A DNA stretch of 64,000 bases, from positions 24,986,001 to 25,050,000 of the forward strand of contig OZ024759.1 in NCBI GenBank assembly GCA_964016885.1. The letters run 5' to 3'. The translations under genes and the position numbers were made by a program. The stretch comes from Eledone cirrhosa (Eukaryota). Numbering within the stretch: position 1 is the stretch's first letter; every line of letters begins with the position of its first letter. Under the pieces are notes generated by a model. The model had not been told where the DNA came from, ran no database searches, and worked only from the letters and a program-made list of their open reading frames with translations. Shown here one piece after another: positions 26,595-40,077 of this stretch.

Positions 26595-26890
26595 AATGAA
26601 ATTATAGTGTACAGTGCTCAGGTGCACTACAACTCATCAAAGGTGCATGTATAGTACATAGAATAATGTACAAATGTCAGGAAAGTGAACAGTGTATGAG
26701 TCATGATATACATGTATGCGTGTGTATGGAGGGGGAGTATCAGGTGTAGTGTTGCCGAATTTCAGGAAGCATGGAAGTTTTAAAGGATGCAGTGTCCTGG
26801 CAGATAACAACTGATGCAGGTAGTTTGTTTCATGCTTCAGCAACTCTGGGTGTGAAAAAATGTTTCTGAAAGTCATGGAAGCTGTGCTGT
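26595..26890 (-). mobile_element. CR1-type LINE 3' end
   Basis: Revcomp translates HDFQKHFFTPRVAEA*NKLPASVVICQDTASFKTSM (CR1 'FF..RV...WN.LP..VV' motif), then 3' UTR and (ATT)n. Confidence 0.8.
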
Positions 26891-27397
26891 TTTATGTGGT
26901 TTGCTAATTCAAATGTTTACAGTATCTTTACTAGTGGACAGATTCTTATGAAACTAGCTGTATTAGAGCAAATTTCAAGTTCCTATTAACTACAGCTAGG
27001 ATATTTCCAATAAAATCTAAAAAAAAAAAATTGGCCCCCCAACCCACCCCACTGCAAAAAAACACATCAAAAAGATAAGAAACCTAAAGCAAAGTTTTAC
27101 AGTAAATTGCCACATCTGTTGCACAGTTGTCAGTGTCTATTCCTGGTGAGAGATTTATTTAGTAAAATGGTGTTAGTTTAGTAATAGAGTAAGTTAGTTG
27201 ATGTGTGATAATCAGATCGCAAATCACCAGCATCAAATAGTAAATCCCCAACAGACAATTATTGTGAACTATTAAAGTAGAAGCTGTTAACTGAAGATCA
27301 ATCTTTGTTTCTTCACTGATGATGTGACATTCACATTTATTATATTATGGATAGCTTTATCTTGTAATTTAACATGTGATGTCACTTCATCAGAAGA

Positions 27398-27992
27398 GAC
27401 CAGACAAAACTAAACCAACACAGACCAGACTAAACCAACCTAGATCAGACAAAATTACACCCACACAGACCAGACTAAACCAACACAGGCCACACAAAAC
27501 TAAACCAACAGAGACCAGACTAAATCAACACAGACCAGACTAAATCAACACAAACCAGACTAAATCAACACAGACCACACAAAACTAAACCAACACAGAC
27601 CAGACTAAATCAACACAGGCCACACAAAACTAAACCAACAGAGACCAGACTAAATCAACACAGACCAGACTAAATCAACACAGACCAGACTAAATCAACA
27701 CAAACCAGACTAAATCAACACAGGCCACACAAAAATAAACCAACACAAACCAGACTAAATCAACACAGGCCACACAAAAATAAACCAACACAAACCAAAC
27801 TAAATCAACACAGGCCACACAAAACTAAACCAACGCAGACCAGACAAAACCAACGCAGACCAGACAAGACCAACACAGACCAGACTAAACCAACACATAC
27901 CAGACTAAACTAAACCAACACATACCAGACTAAACTAAACCAACACAGACCAGAAAAAAACTAAACCAACACAGACCAGACTAAACTAAATC
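27398..27992 (+). repeat. ~20-bp minisatellite (CACAGACCAGACTAAAYCAA) with 25-bp variants
   Basis: Direct inspection. Confidence 0.9.
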
Positions 27993-28394
27993 AGATCAAA
28001 CCATCACAACATTAAGACAACAGAACATTAAATACTGCAAATTTTCACAACAACCTGTCCTCCAGTGAAGATACTATAAACATCTGGATTAACAAACCCG
28101 TTTTAAGATATTTCTGCTGAATCTCATTACAGGATATCAAGCATTAACAAAATGAATTTTATTCCTCGCAATATTGCTGTAGATTTTTCATTATTGAGTG
28201 AAATATATTTTGCTAAATCATTATAGGGTGTTAAGAGCCAATGTGAATAATTATTTCCAACTTCATACATTTGAAGAAATTAGAAAACTTTCCAAAGGAA
28301 TCGGTAATATAGGATATAAGAAATGGACTTAATGATGAAGTAAAAAAAGCAAGCCAAAAACTAGCATCTATGTAAGACACCACCAGGGATCAAA

Positions 28395-28943
28395 TTAACA
28401 CTTTAGCATTTAAACCAGCCATATCCAGAATTCTCTCACCTCTTTCTGTTCAAACCAGTTGTAACCGGCCACTCATACAAATGTTAAGGTATTGTTCTCA
28501 AAATAAATAATAACAAAATCTTATAGATTTGATATTATGTGAGATAATTATGTGAGGTAAAGTATTTACCACAAAAATACAATAGTAAATATGTATGTAT
28601 GTTGTAAGGGCACCGTATTAACATACAGCATTTCTTGGACATTTTAAGCCTGGTGGAGCCAATCCCTCTCCAGGCCTGATGAGTACAGCAGATTTCTTCC
28701 AGAGAAAGATAGAAAGTGAGAGAGAGGGAATGAGAAAGATATAAAGGAAGAATCCACCCAGTACTATACTGGTACTTTTTTTTTATCGACTTTGAAAGGA
28801 TGAAAGGCAAAGTCGACCCCAGCAAGATTTGAGAACAGAGAGCCGGAACGAATGACATAAAGCATTCTATCTGATGTTCTAACAGCTCTGTCAATTCACC
28901 ACCTAATAGTATATAGAGAGTAATGTAAATGCTGAAGGGTTAA
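28395..28943 (-). mobile_element. piggyBac-type (TTAA) MITE, carrying a SINE insertion at 28592-28904
   Basis: Ends TTAACACTTTAGCATTTA ... TAAATGCTGAAGGGTTAA; internal sequence matches copies at 43242-43674, 48259-48462 and 10252-10390. Confidence 0.75.
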
Positions 28944-29333
28944 AGCTAATTAGAATTTGATGTCAACAGTTTGAAACACATCTAGATTTCAGGAGACAGC
29001 AAAGCGAGATCAATTTTCAGGATTATATTGTAAATATATCTCAGAATACTGCCAAATATCCAGAAATTAAATTAGGCACACATATATGTTATTGGAGAGA
29101 AGCACTCAATCTTTCAAACCCCAGTCAGGACATGAAACTTTATCTCTTTCACTTGTTTTACTTATTTCATCTAAAAACCCATAGCATGACAAATTTGGGG
29201 GGAATTTTTATTTTCACTAATGAGGAAACCTTCATTAGTTAAGCATCAATTGAAAGAAAAAGCATTAAATAATTAAAATAAATAAATGAATAGTTAAATA
29301 AATACATATATATACATAAGTATATATATAATA

Positions 29334-29402
<69 letters not shown>

Positions 29403-29589
29403 ATATATATATATACATACATACATACACATATATATATATAAATGTTAAAAGCAGGTCAGAATTCATTCTCTACCACATACTGTGTTTTGGTGGTAAA
29501 AATCTTCAGATTTTCTTAGATGTATCAAAATATTTCTTAAGACCAAACCCTGTTATCCACCCAACCCCATGCTACAGTATCTCTTTCCT

Positions 29590-29850
29590 CTTACATAATC
29601 CGTTCAAGATCCAACATTACACATCTGTTGCTCTTCTGCCTTCTCTTCTTCTTCACAGATACTATATAATATGGAACACATTCCGTCTGTTCCCATGAAA
29701 TCCTTCCCCAATTCCCTAGCAAAATTCCCAAACCTACACCAAGGCTCTTACTCATCCGACACCCTTGAAATATTCCTTGAAATACCAGCACCAACACATC
29801 AGCTAATTGCTGCGGCACCCACCCAGTAAAACTATTTAACATTAATGAAG
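29590..29850 (+). mobile_element. Highly decayed CR1/L2-group RT C-terminal relic
   Basis: IQHYTSVALLPSLLLHRYY ... STNTSANCC..PVKLFN parallels the 'HRR.VASL.L.YRYY ... RT....SF.P...LWN' motif. Confidence 0.45.
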
Positions 29851-30139
29851 TTCTACCATCATGATGATCACCACCACCATTACCATCACCATCATCATCA
29901 CCACCACTATCATAATCCCCATCACCATTATCATCACCCCCACCACTATTATCACTATCATCACCACCACCATCATCATCATCATAATTACATTCACCGT
30001 TGAATACAGAACATCTTCAAAAACATCTGTTCCCTTTTTTAGACATCTTTTGCTAAATCATTACTAGATATTAAGGATTAATGCTGCAAATTTTCACAAC
30101 AAACTGTCCATTAGTAAAGATACTATAAATATTTGAATT

Positions 30140-30645
30140 AGTGGCTCTACCTGGAGCAACTCCCTGATCTCCAAGCTACACATTCTATTGAGTAACGTTA
30201 TTCCAAAGACCCATTGGAGGAACCCCATTTCAGCTGCATATATTAAACACATGCCCATAGTATCAGAGCTGTGATCTCTCAAATCTGTCCAACGATTCTT
30301 TCCAGAGACATTCTACCCACATGTCCATAATATCAGTGCTGTGATCTCTCAATTCAGAGAAGTAGCAGTTCTATATGTAGCGACTCCATTGGTTCTTTCC
30401 GGAGACATTCTAACTACATGTCCGTGATATCAGAACTGTGATCTCTCAATTCAGAGAAATAGCAGCTCTAGCTGGAGTGATTCCAGTGATTCTTTCCAGA
30501 GACAATCTAACCACATGCCCATAGCATTAGAGTAGTAATCTCTCAAATCTGTCCAGCAATTCTTTCATGAGATATTCTAACTGCATATTTGTAATAGTGG
30601 GGCTGTGATCTCTCAATTCAGAGAAATAGCAGTTCTACCTGGAGT
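30140..30645 (-). mobile_element. Same RTE family fragment with an older degenerate tandem amplification (~5 copies)
   Basis: AEMGFLQWVFGITLLNRMCSLEIRELLQVEPL plus repeated GCTGTGATCTCTCAATTCAGAGAA / GAGACATTCTAAC blocks. Confidence 0.8.
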
Positions 30646-31099
30646 CAAGGTAAATATGTGAAAACAGCTAGACACCAAATCATCTAATAAATGCATCAGT
30701 TTTGTGACAGTAATATGAACAGTTAAATATTTTGTTATTTTCATTTAATTCTCTCGTTAATCTAATGAAATATGTAGTTTTATATTGTCATCTACTTTAC
30801 ATTAGATATATGGTAATTCTTCTCCACATGATAACACAAATAACATTGTTCATACAATCAATAGAAAACACTATGTTGGGGTGTGGTGATGGTGGGGTTG
30901 GGTGGGGGTATATGTGTAAGTTGGTGTGTGTGTATGTGTGCTTTTATGTATGTGTATATATATGTGTGTGTGTAGTGGATATATAAATGTGTATATATAT
31001 AATATATATATATATATATACACACAATATATATATATTTATATATATATATACACAATGTATATATGTATATATATATATACACACACAATATATATA

Positions 31100-31139
<40 letters not shown>

Positions 31140-31341
31140 CGCACAGCATATATATGTATGTTTATATATATATACGTACGCACACCATATATATATATGT
31201 ATATATATATATGTATATATATATATAGACATATGCACACCATATATACATATGTATATATATATATACATACATACATATATATATATACATACGCACA
31301 CCATATATATATATGTATATATATATATATACATACGCACA

Positions 31342-31380
<39 letters not shown>

Positions 31381-31405
31381 CGCACACCATATATATATAT
31401 ATATG

Positions 31406-31461
<56 letters not shown>

Positions 31462-31583
31462 CACAGCAGAGGTGATATCTACAGCTGTTGATCAAGTTAA
31501 CATGAAATATAGACAAGCCATTCCTTTGTAATTAAATTGATAATTATAAAGTGATATATATAACAATGTTTAACATATAGGAT

Positions 31584-33290
31584 CTAGAGATACTGAGGGA
31601 TAGGAGGGGCGGGGATGGGGGTGGAGTGGGGACAGTGTGGGGTGAGGGTAGAGAGAGAGGGGGCGGATCTAGAGATACTGAGGGATAGGAGGGGCAGGGA
31701 TGGGGGTGGAGTGGGGACAGGGTGGGGTGAGGGTAGGGAGAGAGGGGGCGGAACTAGAGATACTGAGGTGTTGTAGGAGGGGTGGGGTTGAGGGTGAGAG
31801 TGGGGACAGGGTGGGGTGAGGGTAGGGAGAAGGGGGGGGGGGAACTAGAGATACTGAGGGATAGGAGGGGTGGGGTTGAGGGTGAGAGTGGGGACAGGGT
31901 GGGGTGAGGGTAGGGAGAAGGGGGGGGGGGGGGGACTAGAGATACTGAGGGATAGGAGGGGTGGGGTTGAGGGTGAGAGTGGGGACAGGGTGGGGTGAGG
32001 GTAGGGAGAGAGGGGGGGGACTAGAGATACTGAGGGATAGGAGGGGTGGGGTTGAGGGTGAGAGTGGGGACAGGGTGGGGTGAGGGTAGGGAGAGAGGGG
32101 GGGGGGACTAGAGATACTGAGGGATAGGAGGGGTGGGGTTGAGGGTGAGAGTGGGGACAGGGTGGGGTGAGGGTAGAGAGAGAAGGGGCAGAAGTAGAGA
32201 TACTGAGGTGTTGTAGGGCTAGGAGGGGTGGGGTTGAGGGTGAGAGTGGGGACAGGGTGAGGTGAGGGTAGAGAGAGAGGGGCGGAACTAGAGATACTGA
32301 GGTGTTGTAGGGCTAGGAGGGGTGGGGTTGAGGGTGAGTGGGGACAGGGTGAGGTGAGGGTAGAGAGAAAGGGGCGGAACTAGAGATACTGAGGTGTTGT
32401 AGGGCTAGGAGGGGTGGGGTTGAGGGTGAGAGTGGGGACAGGGTGGGGTGAGGGTAGAGAGGGGGCGGAACTAGAGATACTGAGGTGTTGTAGGGCTAGG
32501 AGGGGTGGGGTTGAGGGTGAGAGTGGGGACAGGGTGGGGTGAGGGTAGAGAGAGAGGGGGCGGAACTAGAGATACTGAGGTGTTGTAGGGCTAGGAGGGG
32601 TGGGGTTGAGGGTGAGTGGGGACAGGGTGAGGTGAGGGTAGAGAGAGAGGGGGCGGAACTAGAGATACTGAGGTGTTGTAGGGCTAGGAGGGGTGGGGTT
32701 GAGGGTGAGAGTGGGGACAGGGTGGGGTGAGGGTAGAGAGAGAGGGGGCGGAACTAGAGATACTGAGGTGTTGTAGGGATAGGAGGGGTGGGGTTGAGGG
32801 TGAGAGTGGGGACAGGGTGGGGTGAGGGTAGAGAGAGAGGGGGCGGAACTAGAGATACTGAGGTGTTGTAGGGCTAGGAGGGGTGGGGTTGAGGGTGAGA
32901 GTGGGGACAGGGTGAGGTGAGGGTAGAGAGAGAGGGGGCGGAACTAGAGATACTGAGGTGTTGTAGGGCTAGGAGGGGTGGGGTTGAGGGTGAGAGTGGG
33001 GACAGGGTGAGGTGAGGGTAGAGAGAGAGGGGGCGGAACTAGAGATACTGAGGTGTTGTAGGGCTAGGAGGGGTGGGGTTGAGGGTGAGAGTGGGGACAG
33101 AGTGAGGTGAGGGTAGAGAGAGAGGGGGCGGAACTAGAGATACTGAGGTGTTGTAGGGCTAGGAGGGGTGGGGTTGAGGGTGAGAGTGGGGACGGGGTGG
33201 GTGAGGGTAGAGGGAGAGGGGGCGGAACTAGAGATACTGAGGTGTTGTAGGGATAGGAGGGGTGGGGATGAGGGTGAGAGTGGGACGGGG
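31584..33290 (+). repeat. G-rich 84-95-bp minisatellite x ~19
   Basis: CTAGAGATACTGAGG recurs (e.g. 32754, 32849; period 95); each unit has 7-9 G3+ runs. Confidence 0.95.
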
Positions 33291-34739
33291 AGAGGGGTAG
33301 AGAGAGGATAGGGACAGGGTGGATGGAGAGATGACAGGTAGAGGGGCTGGTGGATAGAAAACAAAGATGGGATGGAAGAGGGAGGACAGGGAGGGGCTGA
33401 AGGCAGGGAGTTGGGAAGTGGAGGGGACAATGAGGGGGTGGAAAGGGTGGGAGGGTTTGGGGTGAGTAGGGGAAGGTGGAAAATAGTGGGGTTAGGGAGA
33501 GGCAGAGGGAAGTAGATCTGTGGGGAGAAGGACCTGAGGAGGGAGAGTTATGGGAGTAGGGGTAAGTAGGGAAAGGTGGAAAGTGGTGGGGTGTATGTTG
33601 TGGGACTGGGAGGGGGGAAAGACAGAAGGGAGGTAGGTGTGGGGGTATGTAGGGGAGGTGGAAAGTGGTGGGTGTGTGGCTGTGTGAGTGTGTGCGGCGG
33701 GGGGTGGAGGGGGTTAGAGGTACATGAACAATTCAATAAATAAGTAAATAAGTGTTGATGTTCTCTCTCTTTCAGTCACTGTCTCCATCTCTCTCTCGCT
33801 CTCCCTATCTCTCACTATTATAAGCAAGTGGGGGCCCATGGGCTGGCTGCAAGGTACCCCACCCGGCAGACAGAATAGAGGTGTTTCCTCCGGAGGATGG
33901 TCAGGGAGATGCGTTGGGTGAGCCACTTCATCTCGCGAGGCTCACACCTGCGGCTAGCCAACTCCGTGCCAATGGTGGTGAGTGGGGGGATGGTCCTTGG
34001 CCCTCAAGAAAACCAGAAGTTTCCACTAGTAAGGGCTCGACCACAAACCTGTCGGAGGGCAACTGAAATTTGGAGAGTTTACCCTCCTCAGCCCGAAGTG
34101 GAGCAGAGCCTGGATTAGTCGCAGACTGCACCAGGTTACCGCTGGAGACAGTGTCACTGCATGTGGCAATAAAGGTAGATATAGAGTTACCACCACCACC
34201 ATCAGTTCTACTACTACTACTACTACCCCTACTAGAAATACTACACCCACCTCTGTCTTCCTCATCACCACCACCACAACGATACCCCCCCCCCCCCACT
34301 ACTACCATCTCTCTTCTCACCACCACGACAACCATCCCACCACTACCACTCCACCACCACAACAACCACCACCCCACCAGAACCACCACCTCTCCTGCCC
34401 TCCTCACCACAAAAACAAACCCCACCACTACCACACCACCACCACCCCACTAAGATGATTGGTAGTATCAGGCCATATAATAAATATGATCCCGTTAATT
34501 AGAGTCTATCATGTCTCGTTATCTACTAATTATAATTGCTATAATCTACATCACCTCCTTTAATTAGTATCAAACAGTTACACCTCCTTCGTTAGAGTAA
34601 CATTCTCCATTACTACACACCACCACCACCCTCGCTATTACTACACATCACCACCATTGTCATTACTACACACCACCACCATTGTCATTACTACACACCA
34701 GCACCGCCCCCTCCCCATCAGTACCTCTACTATCACCAC

Positions 34740-36900
34740 ACCCATGTCTCACACCACCACAACCCTCTCCATCACTGTATCTACTACTACCACCAACACC
34801 ACCATCACACCACCAATACCCTCTCCATCACTATCTCAACCAGTACCACCACCAATACCCTCTCCATCACTATCTCTACTACTACCACCAACACCACCAT
34901 CACACCACCAATACCCTCTCCATCACTATCTCTACTACTACCACCAACACCCTCTCCATCACTATCTCTACTACTACCACCAACACCACCATCACACCAC
35001 CAATACCCTCTCCATCACTATCTCTACTACTACCACCAACACCACCATCACACCACCAACACGACCCTCTCCATCACTATCTCTACTACTACCACCAACA
35101 CCACCATCACACCACCAATACCCTCTCCATCACTATCTCTACTACTACCACCAACACCACCATCACACCACCAATACCCTCTCCATCACTATCTCTACTA
35201 CTACCACCAACACCACCAATACCCTCTCCATCACTATCTCTACTACTACCACCAACACCACCAATACCCTCTCCATCACTATCTCTACTACTACCACCAA
35301 CACCACCAATACCCTCTCCATCACTATCTCTACTACTACCACCAACACCACCATCACATCACCAATACCCTCTCCATCACTATCTCTACTACTACCACCA
35401 ACACCACCATCACACCACCAATACCCTCTCCATCACTATCTCTACTACTACCACCAACACCACCATCACACCACCAATACCCTCTCCATCACTATCTCTA
35501 CTACTACCACCAACACCACCATCACATCACCAATACCCTCTCCATCACTATCTCTACTACTACCACCAACACCACCATCACACCACCAATACCCTCTCCA
35601 TCACTATCTCTACTATTACCACCAACACCACCATCACACCACCAATACCCTCTCCATCACTATCTCTACTACTACCACCAACACCACCAATACCCTCTCC
35701 ATCACTATCTCTACTACTACCACCAACACCACCATCACACCAGCAATACCCTCTCCCTCACTATCTCTACTACTACCACCAACACCACCATCACACCACC
35801 AACACGACCCTCTCCATCACTATCTCTACTACTACCACCAACACCACCATCACACCACCAACACGACCCTCTCCATCACTATCTCTACTATTACCACCAA
35901 CACCACCATCACACCACCAATACCCTCTCCATCACTATCTCTACTACTACCACCAACACCACCAATACCCTCTCCATCACTATCTCTACTACTACCACCA
36001 ACACCACCATCACACCACCAATACCCTCTCCATCACTATCTCTACTACTACCACCAACACCACCATCACACCACCAACACGACCCTCTCCATCACTATCT
36101 CTACTACTACCACCAACACCACCATCACACCACCAATACCCTCTCCATCACTATCTCTACTACTACCACCAACACCACCATCACACCACCAATACCCTCT
36201 CCATCACTATCTCTACTACTACCACCAACACCACCATCACATCACCAATACCCTCTCCATCACTATCTCTACTACTACCACCAACACCACCATCACACCA
36301 CCAATACCCTCTCCATCACTATCTCTACTACTACCACCAACACCACCATCACACCACCAACACGACCCTCTCCATCACTATCTCTACTACTACCACCAAC
36401 ACCACCATCACACCACCAATACCCTCTCCATCACTATCTCTACTATTACCACCAACACCACCATCACACCACCAATACCCTCTCCATCACTATCTCTACT
36501 ACTACCACCAACACCACCATCACACCAGCAATACCCTCTCCATCACTATCTCTACTACTACCACCAACACCACCATCACACCACCAACACGACCCTCTCC
36601 ATCACTATCTCTACTACTACCACCAACACCACCATCACACCACCAATACCCTCTCCATCACTATCTCTACTACTACCACCAACACCACCATCACATCACC
36701 AATACCCTCTCCATCACTATCTCTACTACTACCACCAACACCACCATCACACCATCAATATCCTCTCCATCACTATCTCTACTACTACCACCAACACCAC
36801 CATCACACCACCAACACGACCCTCTCCATCACTATCTCTACTACTACCACCAACACCACCATCACACCATCAATATCCTCTCCATCACTATATCTACCAG
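34740..36900 (+). repeat. C/A-rich 56-bp minisatellite (45- and 59-bp variants) x ~39
   Basis: Unit ACCCTCTCCATCACTATCTCTACTACTACCACCAACACCACCATCACACCACCAAT; explains the 766- and 775-aa ORFs. Confidence 0.96.
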
Positions 36901-38859
36901 CACCACCAACACCACCACACCCACGTCTCACCCCACCACCACCCTCTTCATCACTAAAATACTTCATATGTGTGTATCTGTATGCATGTGTGTGTGTATA
37001 TATATATGAGTGTGTGTGTGTGCTTGTATGTATGTGTGTATGTATATATATGTGTGTGTCTGTGTATGAGGGTCTTTAGGCTTACCTCTATCTATGCAGT
37101 GGGATCGAACCTGAACCCTAAAGATAAGAAACCAATTGCCATAAGTATTCAGCCATGTGATACCACACCACACCACACTGCACCACACCACACCACACCA
37201 CACCACACCACATCACACCACACTGCACTGCCGAACACCACACCACGCCACATCACACCATACCACACCACAACATACACCACACCACATTACACCACAC
37301 CATACCACACACCACATCCCCCCAAACCAGACCACGCTGCCTCACACCACACCACACCACATCATGCTACACCACACCACGCCACACTTCACCACACCAC
37401 ACTACACCTCACCACATCACCCACACCATACCACACCATGCTGCACCATGCCACACCACACCACGCTGCACCACACCACATTGTGCTGTGTTGACAATTA
37501 AACAGAATAGACATCAATAAAAAGATTAACACTTGCACGATATATCAATATTGGGATAATGGTCAGTGTTTCTTGCGAGGACAAAAGAAACTCTTCCCCT
37601 TTAGTTTGGGTTAATGGTCAGTGTTTCTTGAGTGGACAGAAGACAGAAGAACCTAAACACACACACCTTTAGGGCCAGAGGTGTGTTTTCACAGCTTGGC
37701 TGAAATGACATTTACTAAAATACTGTTGAGGGCCAGAGGTGTGTTTTCACACTTTAGACATGGTGATGCTGACTAACAGATTGCTGAAAGTCAGATGTGT
37801 GGATTCACCCCCCTTTACTATGGCTTAGTGGTCAAAGTTTCTTAAGAGGACAGAAGACAGAAGAAACTCCCCCCCCCCCTCACCTACCTTTTAGTATGAC
37901 TTAGTGGTCAGTGTTTCTTGAGAAGATAGAAGACAGAAGTATGGCTGGTGTCAGTTATCGAAACGAGGCGTAAAGTGCACAGAGTTGATATATATGTGTG
38001 TGTCTCTGTGTGTGTGTATGAGTGTGTATATGTGTGTGTATGCGTGTGCGTAGTCAGGTGAATAGAGAGAGAGAAGGAAAACTGAACTAAAGACACGCAT
38101 GAAGAAATGAAAAAGACGAATAATTGGAAAAGAAAGAGATTTGTAGGAGCAGGTTTGTAAGGTAAACATAATATATATCACATAAGACAAGATATAATAG
38201 ACAAGACATAATATATAGCATATAATACATATAACAGAAGACATCAGATACAAGACAATATATAGCATATAATACATATAACAGAAGACATCAGACACAA
38301 CACATGACAGAAGACATAATACATAAGACATAATACATATAACAGAAGACATAATACATAATACAGAAGACATAATACATAATACAGAAGACATAATACA
38401 TAATACAAAACACATAAGATATAAGACAGAAGACAGCAGACATATATATAATATAAGTGTATATATATAATATAAGTGTAAACGATATATACCTGGATAT
38501 ATATCAATTAAGAAACAAACTAGTATTTTGTACATATATATATAGAGCAAATGACATGTAGAATTAAATAAAAATTTAAATACATACTCTTAGGTGTTAA
38601 AATTGTGTTGTATTTACATAAAATAGTTACATCGTTATATAGACAGATATGTTTCTTAGAATCAGAGAAATGGAATGTTTACCTTCAATAAAAGTAATTA
38701 GTATCGATCACCAATTATCGATTTTAGTAAACATCATTAAGACTGTGATTCTCATCGTCAGTATGTTTAGGTCTGTGCTAAATATATCTCTCATGCTGCA
38801 TTAAAACACTAGTCATCTACTCTTGGAAGAAAATATTTACATGGTGTAAATAAAGCCAC

Positions 38860-39440
38860 TAACATTCAAGGGGTTACTGAGCAGGAAGGACAAAACAAAG
38901 AGAACATAATCCCAAGCAAGGCAATAAAGCCACTAAAATATAAGAGGTTACTGAGAAGGGAAAATGAGAACATAATCCCAAGCAAAACAATAAAGCCATT
39001 AAAATATAAGGGATTACTGAGAAAGGACAAGACAGAGAGAACATAATCCCAAGCAAGGCAATAAAGCCACTAAAATACAAGGGGTCACTGAGAAAGGAGA
39101 AGGACAAGACAAAGAGAACATAATCCCAAGTAAAGCAATAAAAAATTTGTCGATCGACTTTCGTCAAATCGGACCGAGGAAACAATGTTTCCATTGGTCT
39201 TTCCAATTACTAATACTATCTATAGGTCACAACTCCAGATAGAAGGAGCAACATGAAATAAAGTGTCTTGCTCAAGGACATAACGCATTGCTCCATCCAG
39301 GAATCAAACTCACAACCTGACGATTGCGAATCCAGTTCTCTAATCAATCAGCCACAAGCCTTCACATAAGGCAATAAAGCCACTAAAATAGAAGGGGTTA
39401 CTGGAAAAGGAGGAAGGGCAAGACAGAAAGAACATAATTC
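38860..39440 (+). repeat. ~62-bp tandem repeat x ~5, interrupted by SINE-D
   Basis: AATAAAGCCACTAAAATA.AAGGGGTTACTGAGAA...GAGAACATAATCCCAAGC recurs on both sides of the SINE. Confidence 0.8.
39145..39365 (-). mobile_element. CORE-type SINE with a further tail type (SINE-D)
   Basis: Revcomp: tRNA head, GTCCTTGAGCAAGACACTTTATTTC, then GGAGTTGTGACCTATAGATAGTATTAG...GGAAAGACCAATGGAAACATTGTTTCC. Confidence 0.7.
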
Positions 39441-40077
39441 AAGAGAAAGAGAAGATGATAGTTGATGTCCCTTTTGAATTTTTGCAAATTGTAGTTTGTG
39501 GTCAGGAAATCAAGAAGCCAGAAAAGATGTGCAAGGGAAGAAACTTTCAGAATAGAATTTGTGATTGCATTTAAGAACTTCAGTCATAAAAAAAACCCCA
39601 GACATTGCTTAGATATCTATGGTTCCTGAACTTTGCTAGGCTGTACTAGGAATTCTGTTAGCTAAATGCTATCTTTTTTTTAAATTTAACTTTAACATCC
39701 TGTACCACATCAAAACATCCCTATGCCTACATTGAGTTAAAAAATCAAAGTCTTTACTTCAGATTATTGCTAATTTTCACAATGGTTTGTCTAGTAGTAA
39801 CGATACTATAGAATTAACTGACCAGCTATGATGATGATGATAGTGATGAAAGAGGTGATGATAATAATGATGATGATAATGATAGTGATGATGATGATGG
39901 TAATTTCAACTCCAACATAATGTGATGATACAATAATATTTTAAAAGCATATTTATCCAAGTACCTCGATAAATACTTATACAAACATTTATAGGTTTTC
40001 ATATGAAACAATGATACATTTAAGTATTATAACGATTGAAGTGCTAGCAATAACACAGCATAAAAATAATAATAATA

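Larger units (their letters stand above)
23090..28240. repeat. Dispersed ~120-150-bp repeat module in both orientations
   Basis: ACTGCAAATTTTCACAA...TGTCCACTAGTAAAGATACTATAAACATTT: + at 23090-23340 (x2), 28030-28140, 30080-30140, 39760-39815; - at 25870-26350 (x3), 26890-26970. Confidence 0.7.

Noticed and set aside
30858-31531. Many YI/CV/HT-rich ORFs here and at ~6600-8300, 11000-11600, 15900-16500, 17800-19000, 25000, 61200-62100
   Set aside because: Translations of (TA)n/(CA)n microsatellites.
34657-37009. 766-aa and 775-aa ORFs (mucin/extensin-like T/P/H-rich)
   Set aside because: Overlapping frames of a nearly G-free 56-bp minisatellite that lacks stops by composition; non-ATG starts; the unit length is not a multiple of 3.
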